Shown here in pieces: positions 29,540 through 38,860 of a stretch of 64,000 bases of DNA. This DNA is from Leptospiraceae bacterium (GTDB taxonomy: Bacteria; Spirochaetota; Leptospiria; Leptospirales; Leptonemataceae). How positions within the stretch are numbered: the first letter of the stretch is position 1; each line of letters starts with the position of its first letter. Location of the stretch: the NCBI GenBank assembly GCA_040217195.1, contig JAVJNR010000004.1:384001-448000 (forward strand), given 5' to 3'. Made by a program: the position numbers and the translations under genes. A model generated the notes under the pieces. It had not been told where the DNA came from. It did no database searches and saw nothing but the letters and a program-made list of their open reading frames with translations.

Positions 29540-30496
29540 CTAACGAAGGTCATCCACCGGACCGTCCACATTCGGTTCGCCGGGATAATAGTATTCTGGC
29601 AGTGGCGTAAAGGCCGGGTAGAACTGAGAATCGTCGAACAATTTGTCAGGAAAATGGTAGAAATCCGATTCTTTTAGTACCGGTGGTGACTCTCTGAGCA
29701 GTACCAGAGAAGATGTATATTTATCTTCGCAGCTTTCTGATTTAACATTAAGCAAGTTGCCGGGAATTCCGTAGATTTTCTGCAATTCGCAACGAGTGAT
29801 CTCCTGCAGCTTCATCAGATCTGCCCAGGCTTTCTGTCCATCCTCGAATTTTTCTCCCTGCGCTTCCTCTAGCAGGAAGTATAGCTCCGGCTGAAACACT
29901 TCTTCGGTAGGATTCCCACGACCTCGATACAATCTATAAGGATAATGACCTTCCACCGCACGGATTAGCCTGGAAATATCGCATCGGGCTGCATAGGAAA
30001 GCTTGCGAGCTTTGTAATCTTCGCTTTTTACATCCACTGCACGAATATCATCGCCTGTGGTGTTTCGCGCACCATTCAGACACTGAAGGGTCATTCTTAG
30101 AATTTGAACTTCTGGCATAAAGTACCGGTCTTCGCCAATTCGGGTTACTGCAATGCTTTCACTTGCTCTTTGAACCAGTCCCATATCCAGATAAAGGGTG
30201 AACAACCGTCCCAGAACCTTGAAGTCAAAGCTGCGGCTCAGAGACTTTTCCATCATCGTAAGACCGGTAACCGAAGTAAGTCTTCGTAAGCTCAGCAATA
30301 CACCTACTCCGGCCTGTCCCTGAGGAGAGTCGGAAATCCTGGAAGCTCTTTCGAAACGTTCCAGGGCACGATCGATGTCACCGGAGGCCAGGAACTCCTC
30401 TCCCTCCTGAACAAGATCCTGCTGACGCGAACATCCGGCCAGTGCCAGAATCGATAATAATGCTGCGGTACATAGAAATCCCGGGCATCGAATCAT
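29540..30496 (-). CDS. Hypothetical TPR-like lipoprotein
   Basis: Lipobox LAGC; TPR-like GEEFLASGDIDRALERFERA (ORF track starts at 30553). Confidence 0.65.
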   Translation of the reverse strand: MIRCPGFLCTAALLSILALAGCSRQQDLVQEGEEFLASGDIDRALERFERASRISDSPQGQAGVGVLLSLRRLTSVTGLTMMEKSLSRSFDFKVLGRLFTLYLDMGLVQRASESIAVTRIGEDRYFMPEVQILRMTLQCLNGARNTTGDDIRAVDVKSEDYKARKLSYAARCDISRLIRAVEGHYPYRLYRGRGNPTEEVFQPELYFLLEEAQGEKFEDGQKAWADLMKLQEITRCELQKIYGIPGNLLNVKSESCEDKYTSSLVLLRESPPVLKESDFYHFPDKLFDDSQFYPAFTPLPEYYYPGEPNVDGPVDDLR

Positions 30497-30568
30497 ATTT
30501 CTGAGCCATGCAAAAAACCGGAGGAAACAAGAATTCAGTTCGATGGTATTCATAATCCAGAGCAGCGA

Positions 30569-31552
30569 TTACACTCGGGCTTTCTTTTGATATACGGACC
30601 ACATACTCTTAACCAGAGTATTGGCATCGGAATACTTTGCCTTCCAGCCCAACAGCTCATGGGCTTTCTTCGCACTGGCCACCAGAGATGCAGGATCGCC
30701 TGGTCTACGAGGTGCCTCATCCACAGCAATGGCATGCCCGGTAACTTTTCTCGCTTCATCTATGATTTCCTGGACCGAAAGTCCCTGTTCCGATCCGAGG
30801 TTCACGGTCAGACTCCGACCTTCCCGTTTCAAATACTCCATAGCCAGAATATGAGCGGAGGATAGATCGTTTGTATGAATATAATCCCGGATACATGTAC
30901 CGTCCGGAGTATCGTAGTCTTTGCCGAACAGTTGCATTCTGGGCCTCATTCCACTGGCCACTTCCATGACAATTGGCAGCAGATTCTGGGGTCGATTTTC
31001 CAGACCAAGAACACGACCATGAATATCGTATCCTGCAGCATTAAAATACCGCAAAGAGGCAAAACGCAGGCCTGTTAACTCGGACATCCAGGACAGGTTT
31101 TGCTCCATAACCAGCTTTGTAAATCCATAGTAGTTAATGGGCTTTCTGGGATGATTTTCATCCATGGGCACATATTCCGGGGTACCATAAACGGCTGCAC
31201 TGGAGCTAAATACCAGATTCTTCACACCGGCCTGAACCATTCTTTCTACCAGATGAAAGGTTCCCCGGACATTGTTCGCACTATATTTTGCTGGCTCCAC
31301 CATAGATTCTCCGGCGGCCTTCAAAGCGGCGAAATGGAAAACTGTGTCCATGGGATGAGAAAAGAAGGAATCCAGGTCTTTCTCGGAACCCACATCTCCT
31401 TCTATAAAGGAAACATTCTCGGATTGGGGCAAATTTTCTGGATTTCCGGTGACTAAATTGTCCAGAAGCACCAGTTCATGCCCGGATTCCAGCAAATCAT
31501 GAACGATGTGGGCGGCGATATATCCGGCCCCACCGGTAATTCCGATCTTCAT
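30569..31552 (-). CDS. galE: UDP-glucose 4-epimerase
   Basis: TGGAGYI, SSSAAVYG, YGFTK, LRYFN, DGTCIRDYIH. Confidence 0.95.
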   Translation of the reverse strand: MKIGITGGAGYIAAHIVHDLLESGHELVLLDNLVTGNPENLPQSENVSFIEGDVGSEKDLDSFFSHPMDTVFHFAALKAAGESMVEPAKYSANNVRGTFHLVERMVQAGVKNLVFSSSAAVYGTPEYVPMDENHPRKPINYYGFTKLVMEQNLSWMSELTGLRFASLRYFNAAGYDIHGRVLGLENRPQNLLPIVMEVASGMRPRMQLFGKDYDTPDGTCIRDYIHTNDLSSAHILAMEYLKREGRSLTVNLGSEQGLSVQEIIDEARKVTGHAIAVDEAPRRPGDPASLVASAKKAHELLGWKAKYSDANTLVKSMWSVYQKKARV

Positions 31553-31673
31553 GCTTCTGACTAACCTCGAATTTCTCTTGAAAACGGCCCGACGGCAGGA
31601 AACCCTGTTCGCAGGGAGCTACGGCACTGGATGCCGGCGGTGGTCTACCCTGTAAACGAAAAAGGAGAACCTC

Positions 31674-31859
31674 ATGTCTGAAGAAAAAGAACAACTGGTT
31701 GTGGCGAGCAAAACACGAGCCTATATCAAGTCCCAGGGCTGCATGGTTTCGGCTGATGCGGTGGAGCAATTGAACAAAAAGATATACGAAATTATCGACG
31801 CTGCCATTCAAAGAACCAAGGACAACAAGAGATCCACTCTACGTCCGCACGACTTCTAA
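31674..31859 (+). CDS. Bacterial histone-fold DNA-binding protein (Bd0055 / Leptospira histone type)
   Basis: 61 aa: LVVASKTRAYIKSQG-x-SADAVEQLN...R-x5-RSTLRPHDF (RxTxxxxD); strong SD AAGGAG. Confidence 0.88.
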   Translation: MSEEKEQLVVASKTRAYIKSQGCMVSADAVEQLNKKIYEIIDAAIQRTKDNKRSTLRPHDF

Positions 31860-31880
31860 GACCCAAAGGGCAAGATCAAA

Positions 31881-32282
31881 ATGCCTCCAGGAGTGAAAGT
31901 TATAAAATGGCCCTACAAAGAGGCTCCCACGGAAGAATCAGTTTCCAGGGAGCTGGAGGGCTTTGGTTTTCAGGTATACGACCTTCAGACCTGCGAACCC
32001 TGGTTCGAACGTAGCATGCACAGCCATGATTACGATGAGATCCGGGGGGCTGTGGATGGAGTCATTACTTTCCATTTTGAGGATGGCCCGGTAACTATCG
32101 AAGCCGGGGACATACTTCTGGTCCCGGCAGGGATACCCCATGAAGTGCGCTCCCATAATCCCCGGCCCTTTACTGCTTATAAAGGTTCCAGGGATGGTAA
32201 TCGCAGCGTTACCGAACATGGAAACGCTGAAGGCAGTGTGGAGCAGCTGAAAAGTACTGGCCAGTATCAGGGGAATGCCTGA
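31881..32282 (+). CDS. Cupin domain protein
   Basis: HSHDYDE...GDILLVPAGIPH cupin motifs. Confidence 0.85.
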   Translation: MPPGVKVIKWPYKEAPTEESVSRELEGFGFQVYDLQTCEPWFERSMHSHDYDEIRGAVDGVITFHFEDGPVTIEAGDILLVPAGIPHEVRSHNPRPFTAYKGSRDGNRSVTEHGNAEGSVEQLKSTGQYQGNA

Positions 32283-33018
32283 GACACCGGTAAGTAAGGA
32301 ATTTTCAGGTCTGGTTTTTCTGGATCTGGATGGAACGATTGAGGATAGCCGGCTAGACATGGCCGGCTCCGCCAATGCAGTTCGCAGAAAATTATCCCTT
32401 CCAGAAATCGATCCGGTCTCTCTCTATCCTTTCGTAATGAAAGGGATGGACTACCTGTATAGACAGTGCATACCCGAAGCCCTGGAGCAGCCGGATCTCA
32501 TCCCGGGACTTGGACCGAATGCAGACGAATCCTCGGTCCTTCTATCTCTGGCAAGGCTGTATCATCAAGAGTACAGCCAATGCATTGTAGATAATACTAA
32601 ATGCTATCCCGGAATGGACATAGCTTTGATGGAGCTATCCAGACAATGTATTCTGGGTCTGTACACGAACAAGCCTGAAAGACTTTCTAGATTGTTGCTG
32701 GAGAAGCTGGGAATTCTGCAACATTTTACGGTGATCTATGGAGGCGATACGTTGCCAGAAAGCAAGCCTTCGGCACTACCGCTGAATACAGGAATGTCTG
32801 AAATCTCCGCAAAGTACAGCCTTTCTGCGGAAAAGATCCGCAGCCGTTGCTTTATGGTTGGGGATTCCGGCGGAGACATTAAGGCAGCAGCGGAAGCGAA
32901 AATTTCATCTATCTGGGCGGCCTACGGCTACTACTCGGAGGAGCCTGCTGAAAAACCGGATTATGTTGCGGGTCAACCGTCCGATCTACCAGAATTAATC
33001 TTCAACCTCTTGAAATAA
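32275..33018 (+). CDS. gph: HAD hydrolase, phosphoglycolate phosphatase-like
   Basis: DLDGT, TNKP, KP and MVGDSGGD motifs. Confidence 0.8.
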   Translation: MPETPVSKEFSGLVFLDLDGTIEDSRLDMAGSANAVRRKLSLPEIDPVSLYPFVMKGMDYLYRQCIPEALEQPDLIPGLGPNADESSVLLSLARLYHQEYSQCIVDNTKCYPGMDIALMELSRQCILGLYTNKPERLSRLLLEKLGILQHFTVIYGGDTLPESKPSALPLNTGMSEISAKYSLSAEKIRSRCFMVGDSGGDIKAAAEAKISSIWAAYGYYSEEPAEKPDYVAGQPSDLPELIFNLLK

Positions 33019-33068
33019 CCTGAGTATACACTGTCCGTTTGCAACGGCAGGATGGATGTGATTTTGGA

Positions 33069-33096
33069 TTGAAAGTTGTTTCGTCCCGAATAGATT
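33069..33096 (+). promoter_or_regulatory. Sigma70-like promoter, probably leaderless
   Basis: TTGAAA-16 bp-TAGATT, 6 nt before GTG 33103. Confidence 0.55.
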
Positions 33097-33102
33097 CGGG
33101 CT

Positions 33103-33453
33103 GTGGATTCCTCCGACCGAAGAAGTGAACGCAGAGCTCCTAAAGATCTGGCACAATTTACCGTAGAACTGAACGAAAATGTATCTGGTTACCTTCAGAA
33201 CATTTCCGAGCACGGTCTTTGCGCGGTATTGCCAGTGGATCAACCGGCGCTACAGGCCAGGCAGGCGGTGACCGGTCGAGTTCAGGCTCAGGGTATGCGC
33301 CTGGATTTCACTTTTGAGGGAAAGACAGTCTGGTTTTCCATCCGAAAGATCGAACAAACTCCATATGTCTTTGCAGGCATCGAGTTTAACGTTCCCATGG
33401 AAATCCCTGAAAGCCTGATCTCTTTGAGCCTGGCCCGGGAATCCGGCGACTGA
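33103..33453 (+). CDS. Stand-alone PilZ domain protein (c-di-GMP receptor)
   Basis: RxxxR (RRSERR) and NxSxxG (NISEHG) motifs; GIEF. Confidence 0.8.
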   Translation: MDSSDRRSERRAPKDLAQFTVELNENVSGYLQNISEHGLCAVLPVDQPALQARQAVTGRVQAQGMRLDFTFEGKTVWFSIRKIEQTPYVFAGIEFNVPMEIPESLISLSLARESGD

Positions 33454-33698
33454 GATAAATCTGCTGCCCCCCTGGAGCCCGGGTTTCCATGTCCTCTATT
33501 ACTTGCCGCTCCTTTATCTCTACTGAATCGGGGATTTCTTCGCCACTCGTATCTCTAACATTGCCTTTCTATTCCTTTGATTTTCCAGGCATTGAAATGA
33601 GTCGGTGCCTATTTCGTAAGACACATTCGGCTTAATCCAGACAGCTACTGTGCGAACATTGGAAGTTCCAGCATTCGTGTCTTCTAACCCGGGGAAGG

Positions 33699-33902
33699 CT
33701 AGTTCAGAGTCTTGATCTCGTAGCCCTGCTCTTCGATGGCAGACTGAATCGCATCCCTCTGAGATTCTTCTGCATTATCGATTTGTACCAAGCCCGAGTC
33801 GAGACTAACATTCACCCTGGCATTGGAGTGAACGGAATGTACAGCCTCAGTGACACTTTTTACACAATGCTGACAGCTCATTCCTTCTACTTGAATATCC
33901 AT
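33699..33902 (-). CDS. copZ: Copper chaperone / HMA domain protein
   Basis: GMSCQHC and IEEQGY; 67 aa. Confidence 0.9.
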   Translation of the reverse strand: MDIQVEGMSCQHCVKSVTEAVHSVHSNARVNVSLDSGLVQIDNAEESQRDAIQSAIEEQGYEIKTLN

Positions 33903-34056
33903 ACAGTTAATCTCTGAAATCCAGCCTCATTCGTCAATTCCAGAAACCCCCGCCGGGTATATTGGAATTTCCAGGGATCAGGAAGTTGCGGTGCGAACCT
34001 CCGGGATAGAATGCTAATTCAGGGATAGAAACCAAATCTCCGGCAGAGACTGAGAA

Positions 34057-34098
34057 TTCTCAGTTCTCAGTTCTCAGATTTCAGATTTCAGATTTCAG
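34057..34098 (+). repeat. Heptamer tandem repeat (TTCTCAG)3(ATTTCAG)3
   Basis: Read directly from the sequence; overlaps the 16-bp palindrome ACTGAGAATTCTCAGT at 34049-34064. Confidence 0.9.
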
Positions 34099-34190
34099 AC
34101 AGAGAATCTATTATCCGCAATCGGATTATCGGGCAGAAGATAGGACCTAAAAAGGCATGACTGCAAAACCGCGGCAGGCCCGCATCCAGA

Positions 34191-34559
34191 TTATAGACTG
34201 GAGTAAATGTATGCCAGTTCCGTGAGAATGAGAATGTTCTTCGCCAGATGCATTCCCTCGGAGAGTCGAGAATCACGGTCCGGTTCTTCCCAGAAGCGAT
34301 GCACCAGAACGGAGGCCAGGACCAGAAATACAGCCAGTCCGGCAATGCCCCATTGCATCCATTGACGAGTAGCCAGGCTTATGCCCCCCATCAGCAATAC
34401 GATTGCACTTATCCGAACCATAAAGGCTGGATGAATCAATCCTCTCTTCGCAGCATACTTCTTGTACACATGAGTATTGATCAGATGGTTCAGCCCGTTC
34501 AGAATAAAAAACACTCCTAGAACTAACAATAATATGTCTTGCATAGAAATATCTGGCAT
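34191..34559 (-). CDS. DoxX family membrane protein
   Basis: FFILNGLNH, HRFW and KNI motifs; four TM helices (ORF track starts at 34643). Confidence 0.8.
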   Translation of the reverse strand: MPDISMQDILLLVLGVFFILNGLNHLINTHVYKKYAAKRGLIHPAFMVRISAIVLLMGGISLATRQWMQWGIAGLAVFLVLASVLVHRFWEEPDRDSRLSEGMHLAKNILILTELAYIYSSL

Positions 34560-34688
34560 TACAGGAAACCTACTATTGAAAACTGACTGAATATCAAAAG
34601 GTAATCGATGGAGCCGGGCTAACCGGCGAGAAAAGAACTCCACAGGCCATGCTGGCCTGCAGAGTTACAACACAGATATGATTTACAA

Positions 34689-35534
34689 TTAACCTTCTGC
34701 AGCTCGTCTGGCGGCTACTTCCGTAACCAGTCTTGCTCCCAGAAAAGTCCATACTGGCAATAGGTCGGCCCCGGTGGCTACTGCGCCGGTGGCAGAATCT
34801 GCAACGTTAGCGGCTGCAGGCAGATAGGATTTCACTTTGTCTGCGATGGTACCTGCATGATCCTTGGCTACGCCGATGTAAGAATCCAGAGGCCCTGCAA
34901 GCGAATTGAGCATTTCTGTCGCCTGTGCGGCTCCACCTCCAGCCAATGATCCAAATTTATCTGTAATTCCGCTATTGGAATTCATGAGCTTCTGGATCAG
35001 TCCGGCTCCGCCTTCTACAGCATTGTCCAGAAAAGGTAGCGCTACTTCAATACTTGCAAAATAGATGGCCATTTCTTTGCCTGCATCCAGTTCTTTGAAC
35101 TGGCTCACCTTTTCGGAAACACCACCAGGAATGAGTTTGTACACTGCATAGGCTATGGCCAGAGCCTTTACCCCTGCATCCAGGGCCTGCTGAGGATCGG
35201 ATTCAAAAGTGCGTTTCTTGGCACCACCACCTCCTCCGAACAGACTGAGTACATTCTTAATACCTGCATAACCGGCAATGACCTTATCGCTGGTATCGAT
35301 GTAGCCCATAACCTTAAGCGCATCCTGCATCTCTTCAGACTCGGCCAGAGCGCGGGCCTTTTCAATCACCTCAGGACTGGCATCGGGAACGTAGGCTTTG
35401 ACTCCATCCTCAAAGTTATTGTAGAACTTGAACCCCGGGGACCCCGGTACAATCTTATCGAGACTGGACAGCAACTTGACTGTAAAGTCGTCCTGGCTGT
35501 AATCGGAAAGCATTTCATTGGCTTTTTGTGACAT
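34689..35534 (-). CDS. Hypothetical Ala/Gly-rich helical protein
   Basis: 281 aa ORF with strong SD AGGAGG; no recognised motif. Confidence 0.75.
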   Translation of the reverse strand: MSQKANEMLSDYSQDDFTVKLLSSLDKIVPGSPGFKFYNNFEDGVKAYVPDASPEVIEKARALAESEEMQDALKVMGYIDTSDKVIAGYAGIKNVLSLFGGGGGAKKRTFESDPQQALDAGVKALAIAYAVYKLIPGGVSEKVSQFKELDAGKEMAIYFASIEVALPFLDNAVEGGAGLIQKLMNSNSGITDKFGSLAGGGAAQATEMLNSLAGPLDSYIGVAKDHAGTIADKVKSYLPAAANVADSATGAVATGADLLPVWTFLGARLVTEVAARRAAEG

Positions 35535-35685
35535 TTAATCCTCCTGTAATCGTCCTGCTAAGCGGCGCTTTGGCCTGACACTGAAACCGATAGTATCTAC
35601 ACTTGCTCGAAAGAATTTCAATCCTTTTTCGTTGCAGACAGATTTGATCCAGACGGTAGAATGAACCATCCAGACCTGAGACACT

Positions 35686-36015
35686 GTGGGGGATTACATG
35701 GAGGCCAACTTTGAAGGATTCACAGAGGAGCAGAAAGAAGAATATAAGCGAAGTGCTCGATTGGTTCATGGAGCATTCGATACAGTAGAGCCTATTAGCG
35801 GTGGGTTTCGCCTGATTCTGGATACTTCGAAAAATAGAATCACCACCAATGACATCGGCAGTTTTGTCCGGCTGGAGCAAAAGGCCTGTCCATTCCTGAC
35901 TTTGAGCTACATTGTATCCAGAGAAAATCCATTAATCGTTCATCTGGATATGGTAGAGTCCCCTCAGGCATCCGGATTTCTTGAGGCACAACTTCGGTCC
36001 TACGGGTACATTTAG
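35686..36015 (+). CDS. Hypothetical protein
   Basis: 109 aa; LEQKACPFL resembles the ExxCCPF motif of some small metal-associated domains. Confidence 0.6.
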   Translation: MGDYMEANFEGFTEEQKEEYKRSARLVHGAFDTVEPISGGFRLILDTSKNRITTNDIGSFVRLEQKACPFLTLSYIVSRENPLIVHLDMVESPQASGFLEAQLRSYGYI

Positions 36016-36096
36016 AATCAATCACAGCCCCAAAGGTAGCCGCATGCATATCAGGCGGAACTGTCTGAAGGATGTGCCCGAAAACGTCCCGGTAGA

Positions 36097-37494
36097 TTAA
36101 ATTCGCCTGGCCGAGAACTCCTCTCTGTAGACCTTGCTGGCAAAATAGATAATGGCTCCTATGTCGACAGCAGCAATTGCACGAAGCGCATTTTCCCAGT
36201 CATGATAGGCGCTGGTCACAATAATAATAACGCTCACGATTAGAAAAAGCAAAGGCGTATAGGGAAAATAGGGAACTCTATAGGGAGCGTCCGGCGCATT
36301 CTTTCTAAGTTTCCATAATCCCAGAACGGTGAGAAAAGGAAAAATAGATAAGCTGAATCCCATGTAGGTCATTACATCGTAATAGCTGTCTGAGAGTATG
36401 TAAGCCACAGATAAAAGTCCCTGCAATATGATGGAATATAGAGGAGTCTCAAATTTTGGATGAACACTTCCGGCGAAGCGAAAGAACAATCCGTCTCTGG
36501 CCATGGCATAATAAACTCTAGGTCCTATCATTACCTGGGCAGACAGAGTAGACAATAGAATCAAACAAAAGCATACGTTAAAAAATACGGCAATACCCGT
36601 TCCAAAGAGTTCCGTGGAAATGATAGCAGCAACGGTCGTTTTTCCTGAGAACGTGCTGGCAGGTGAGGCCAGAAAGTACATCAAATTGATCAGTACATAC
36701 AGCAATGCGGTTAATAAGGTTCCCCACATCATGGCCTTCGGGACATTTTTCTCAGGATTTTCGATCTCTCCGGCAAGGTACGATGCGCCGTTCCATCCGC
36801 TATAAGCGAAAAGAACCCAGAGCAAACCAATGCCCACTCCGCCCCATTGAATTCCATTCGAGCGAAATGGATCATGCACCGGTCCATCCGCCATAAACAC
36901 TGCAGTAAGACCGCCCACAAGAAATAGGATCACAATAATGAGCTTCATTAAGGTCAGTGCATTCTGAATCCACCCACCTTTCTTGACGCCCACTCCATGA
37001 AACAGGCTGAACAAAACAATTAAAGCAATGGCATAGATCTGCTGAACAGAAACACCCAGATCCCACCCAAAAATGTCAACGGACCATCGGACTCCTACAA
37101 ACATTGCCGTTATGGCAGCATCCGGAGCTGCAGCTTTGAGCAAGGATGTTAGATAGTCAGCAGAAAGAAAAGCAGCGATGGCAGCCGGCGCCGAGAAACC
37201 GGCAATAAGCGAAACCCAGCCTGATAGAAATCCCCAGAGAGGGCCGAAGGTCTTTCGAAGATAAACATACTCTCCGCCAGCCTCGGGCATGCGAGCCGCC
37301 AGCTCGGAATAGGTGAGCGCTCCTGCGATGGCCACCAGGCCATAAAAGAACCACAGGAAGAGCACCATCAATGGATCTCCCACAAACTCCTGAACCTTAC
37401 CGGTGTTTCCAAAAATACCGGAGCCAATCATACTGGCAAAGACAGCGAAGGTCGCTGTCCAGATTCCTAGCTTTCTTTTGAGGGAGTCAGACAT
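36097..37494 (-). CDS. APC family amino acid permease
   Basis: MIGSGIF, ELAARMPEAGGEY, AYSGWN, AMARDG; about 12 TM helices. Confidence 0.93.
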   Translation of the reverse strand: MSDSLKRKLGIWTATFAVFASMIGSGIFGNTGKVQEFVGDPLMVLFLWFFYGLVAIAGALTYSELAARMPEAGGEYVYLRKTFGPLWGFLSGWVSLIAGFSAPAAIAAFLSADYLTSLLKAAAPDAAITAMFVGVRWSVDIFGWDLGVSVQQIYAIALIVLFSLFHGVGVKKGGWIQNALTLMKLIIVILFLVGGLTAVFMADGPVHDPFRSNGIQWGGVGIGLLWVLFAYSGWNGASYLAGEIENPEKNVPKAMMWGTLLTALLYVLINLMYFLASPASTFSGKTTVAAIISTELFGTGIAVFFNVCFCLILLSTLSAQVMIGPRVYYAMARDGLFFRFAGSVHPKFETPLYSIILQGLLSVAYILSDSYYDVMTYMGFSLSIFPFLTVLGLWKLRKNAPDAPYRVPYFPYTPLLFLIVSVIIIVTSAYHDWENALRAIAAVDIGAIIYFASKVYREEFSARRI

Positions 37495-37758
37495 TGTTCT
37501 GGATGTTTGGCTGCCCTGCGGGGGGCAATCGATTTTTGATAAGGGACGACCTTGACGGACCACTCAGACCAGGCTGAATCTAAATGAACATCTGCTACCG
37601 CCGGGCTGTTCTTTGGCTGGATTTCGGCTCCTGCTGAGGTTTGCTTTTGCGCAACGATAGTTGCATTTGAGCTGCGGTTTAGAATTGCCCCAGGGGAATG
37701 CCAATTGCCGGGTGTAGCAATCCAATTTGCTTGAACGTATTGGCAGTTGCGCTGTGTT

Positions 37759-38694
37759 TCAATCGTTCAAGGCCGATTGTAACATCTCATCAACTATGCC
37801 TTCCAGGTCATGACTGGAAGACCAGCCCAGAATTTCTCGGATCTTTGAAGGATCCCCGATTCTGGGAAACCTTTCAGCAGGACGGACAAATTCCTCATCC
37901 ACAACCAACCAATCATCCAGATTGAGATCTAATTTCTGGAATACCAATTGGGCGAAATCTCGAACGGTATGGCCGTGCCCCGTAGCAATGACAAAGTCCA
38001 TTGGAGCATCGCTTTGAAGCATCATCCACATGGCCCGAGCATAATCACCAGCAAAACCCCAGTCCCTCACAGCATCCATGCTTCCCAGGCGAAGCTCTGT
38101 GGCCTCGCCCCGCTTGATTCCGATGGCTGTCTTGACAATTTTCTGAGTAACGAATCGATCGCCCCGGCGGCTGGACTCATGATTGAAAAGTATGGCACTG
38201 CAGGCGAAGTAGCCTGCATTCCTGTACACACCCACCAGATGATGGCAGGCTGCTTTTGTAACTCCATAGATGGTGGTGGGGCAAATAGGGCTGGATTCGG
38301 ATTGTGGACTGTGGTCCGGATTTCCAAAGATTTCTGCAGATCCGGCAAAACAAAATCTGCTCTCGGGCAGACTTTCCCTGGTTAGTGACAGAAGATTGTG
38401 AGTAGCTTCCAGGTTGGTTCGCAGTACTTCTTTTTCCTGACCGGGGTCCGTCAGTACAAAGCTAAACGCTGCCAGGTGATAGATTTCCCGCGGGGCTATT
38501 TCGGAAAGCAATTGGCGCACACCGGAATCATCGAGCAGCGAAGTATTCCAGCGGTGGTCTGCCGCCACTTCTACCATGCGATCTTCAACTCCCGGACGAT
38601 CCAGGCCATGAACTTCATACCCTTTGCTCTTGAGCAATCTTGCCAGGAAGAAACCGTCCTGGCCTCCGGCTCCCGTAATTAGCGCTCTGGCCAT
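37759..38694 (-). CDS. gmd: GDP-mannose 4,6-dehydratase
   Basis: ITGAGGQDG, YGVTK, LFNHES, FVTQKI, RDWG. Confidence 0.9.
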   Translation of the reverse strand: MARALITGAGGQDGFFLARLLKSKGYEVHGLDRPGVEDRMVEVAADHRWNTSLLDDSGVRQLLSEIAPREIYHLAAFSFVLTDPGQEKEVLRTNLEATHNLLSLTRESLPESRFCFAGSAEIFGNPDHSPQSESSPICPTTIYGVTKAACHHLVGVYRNAGYFACSAILFNHESSRRGDRFVTQKIVKTAIGIKRGEATELRLGSMDAVRDWGFAGDYARAMWMMLQSDAPMDFVIATGHGHTVRDFAQLVFQKLDLNLDDWLVVDEEFVRPAERFPRIGDPSKIREILGWSSSHDLEGIVDEMLQSALND

Positions 38695-38860
38695 GAGCCC
38701 AGGAAAACCCATACGGGTCAGACGCACAACCGAAGATTCTAGCCGGTCTGACTTAAAGAGCTATTGATTTCCAGGAAACCTTCATCTGGAATCCGAGGCT
38801 CACCTTGCCTCTGAAGATCCGAACTGATTCCTTATACAAAATAAATACAATCATCGCTTT

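Noticed and set aside
34049..34098. CRISPR array
   Set aside because: Units are 7 bp with no spacers, and there are no cas genes in the window.
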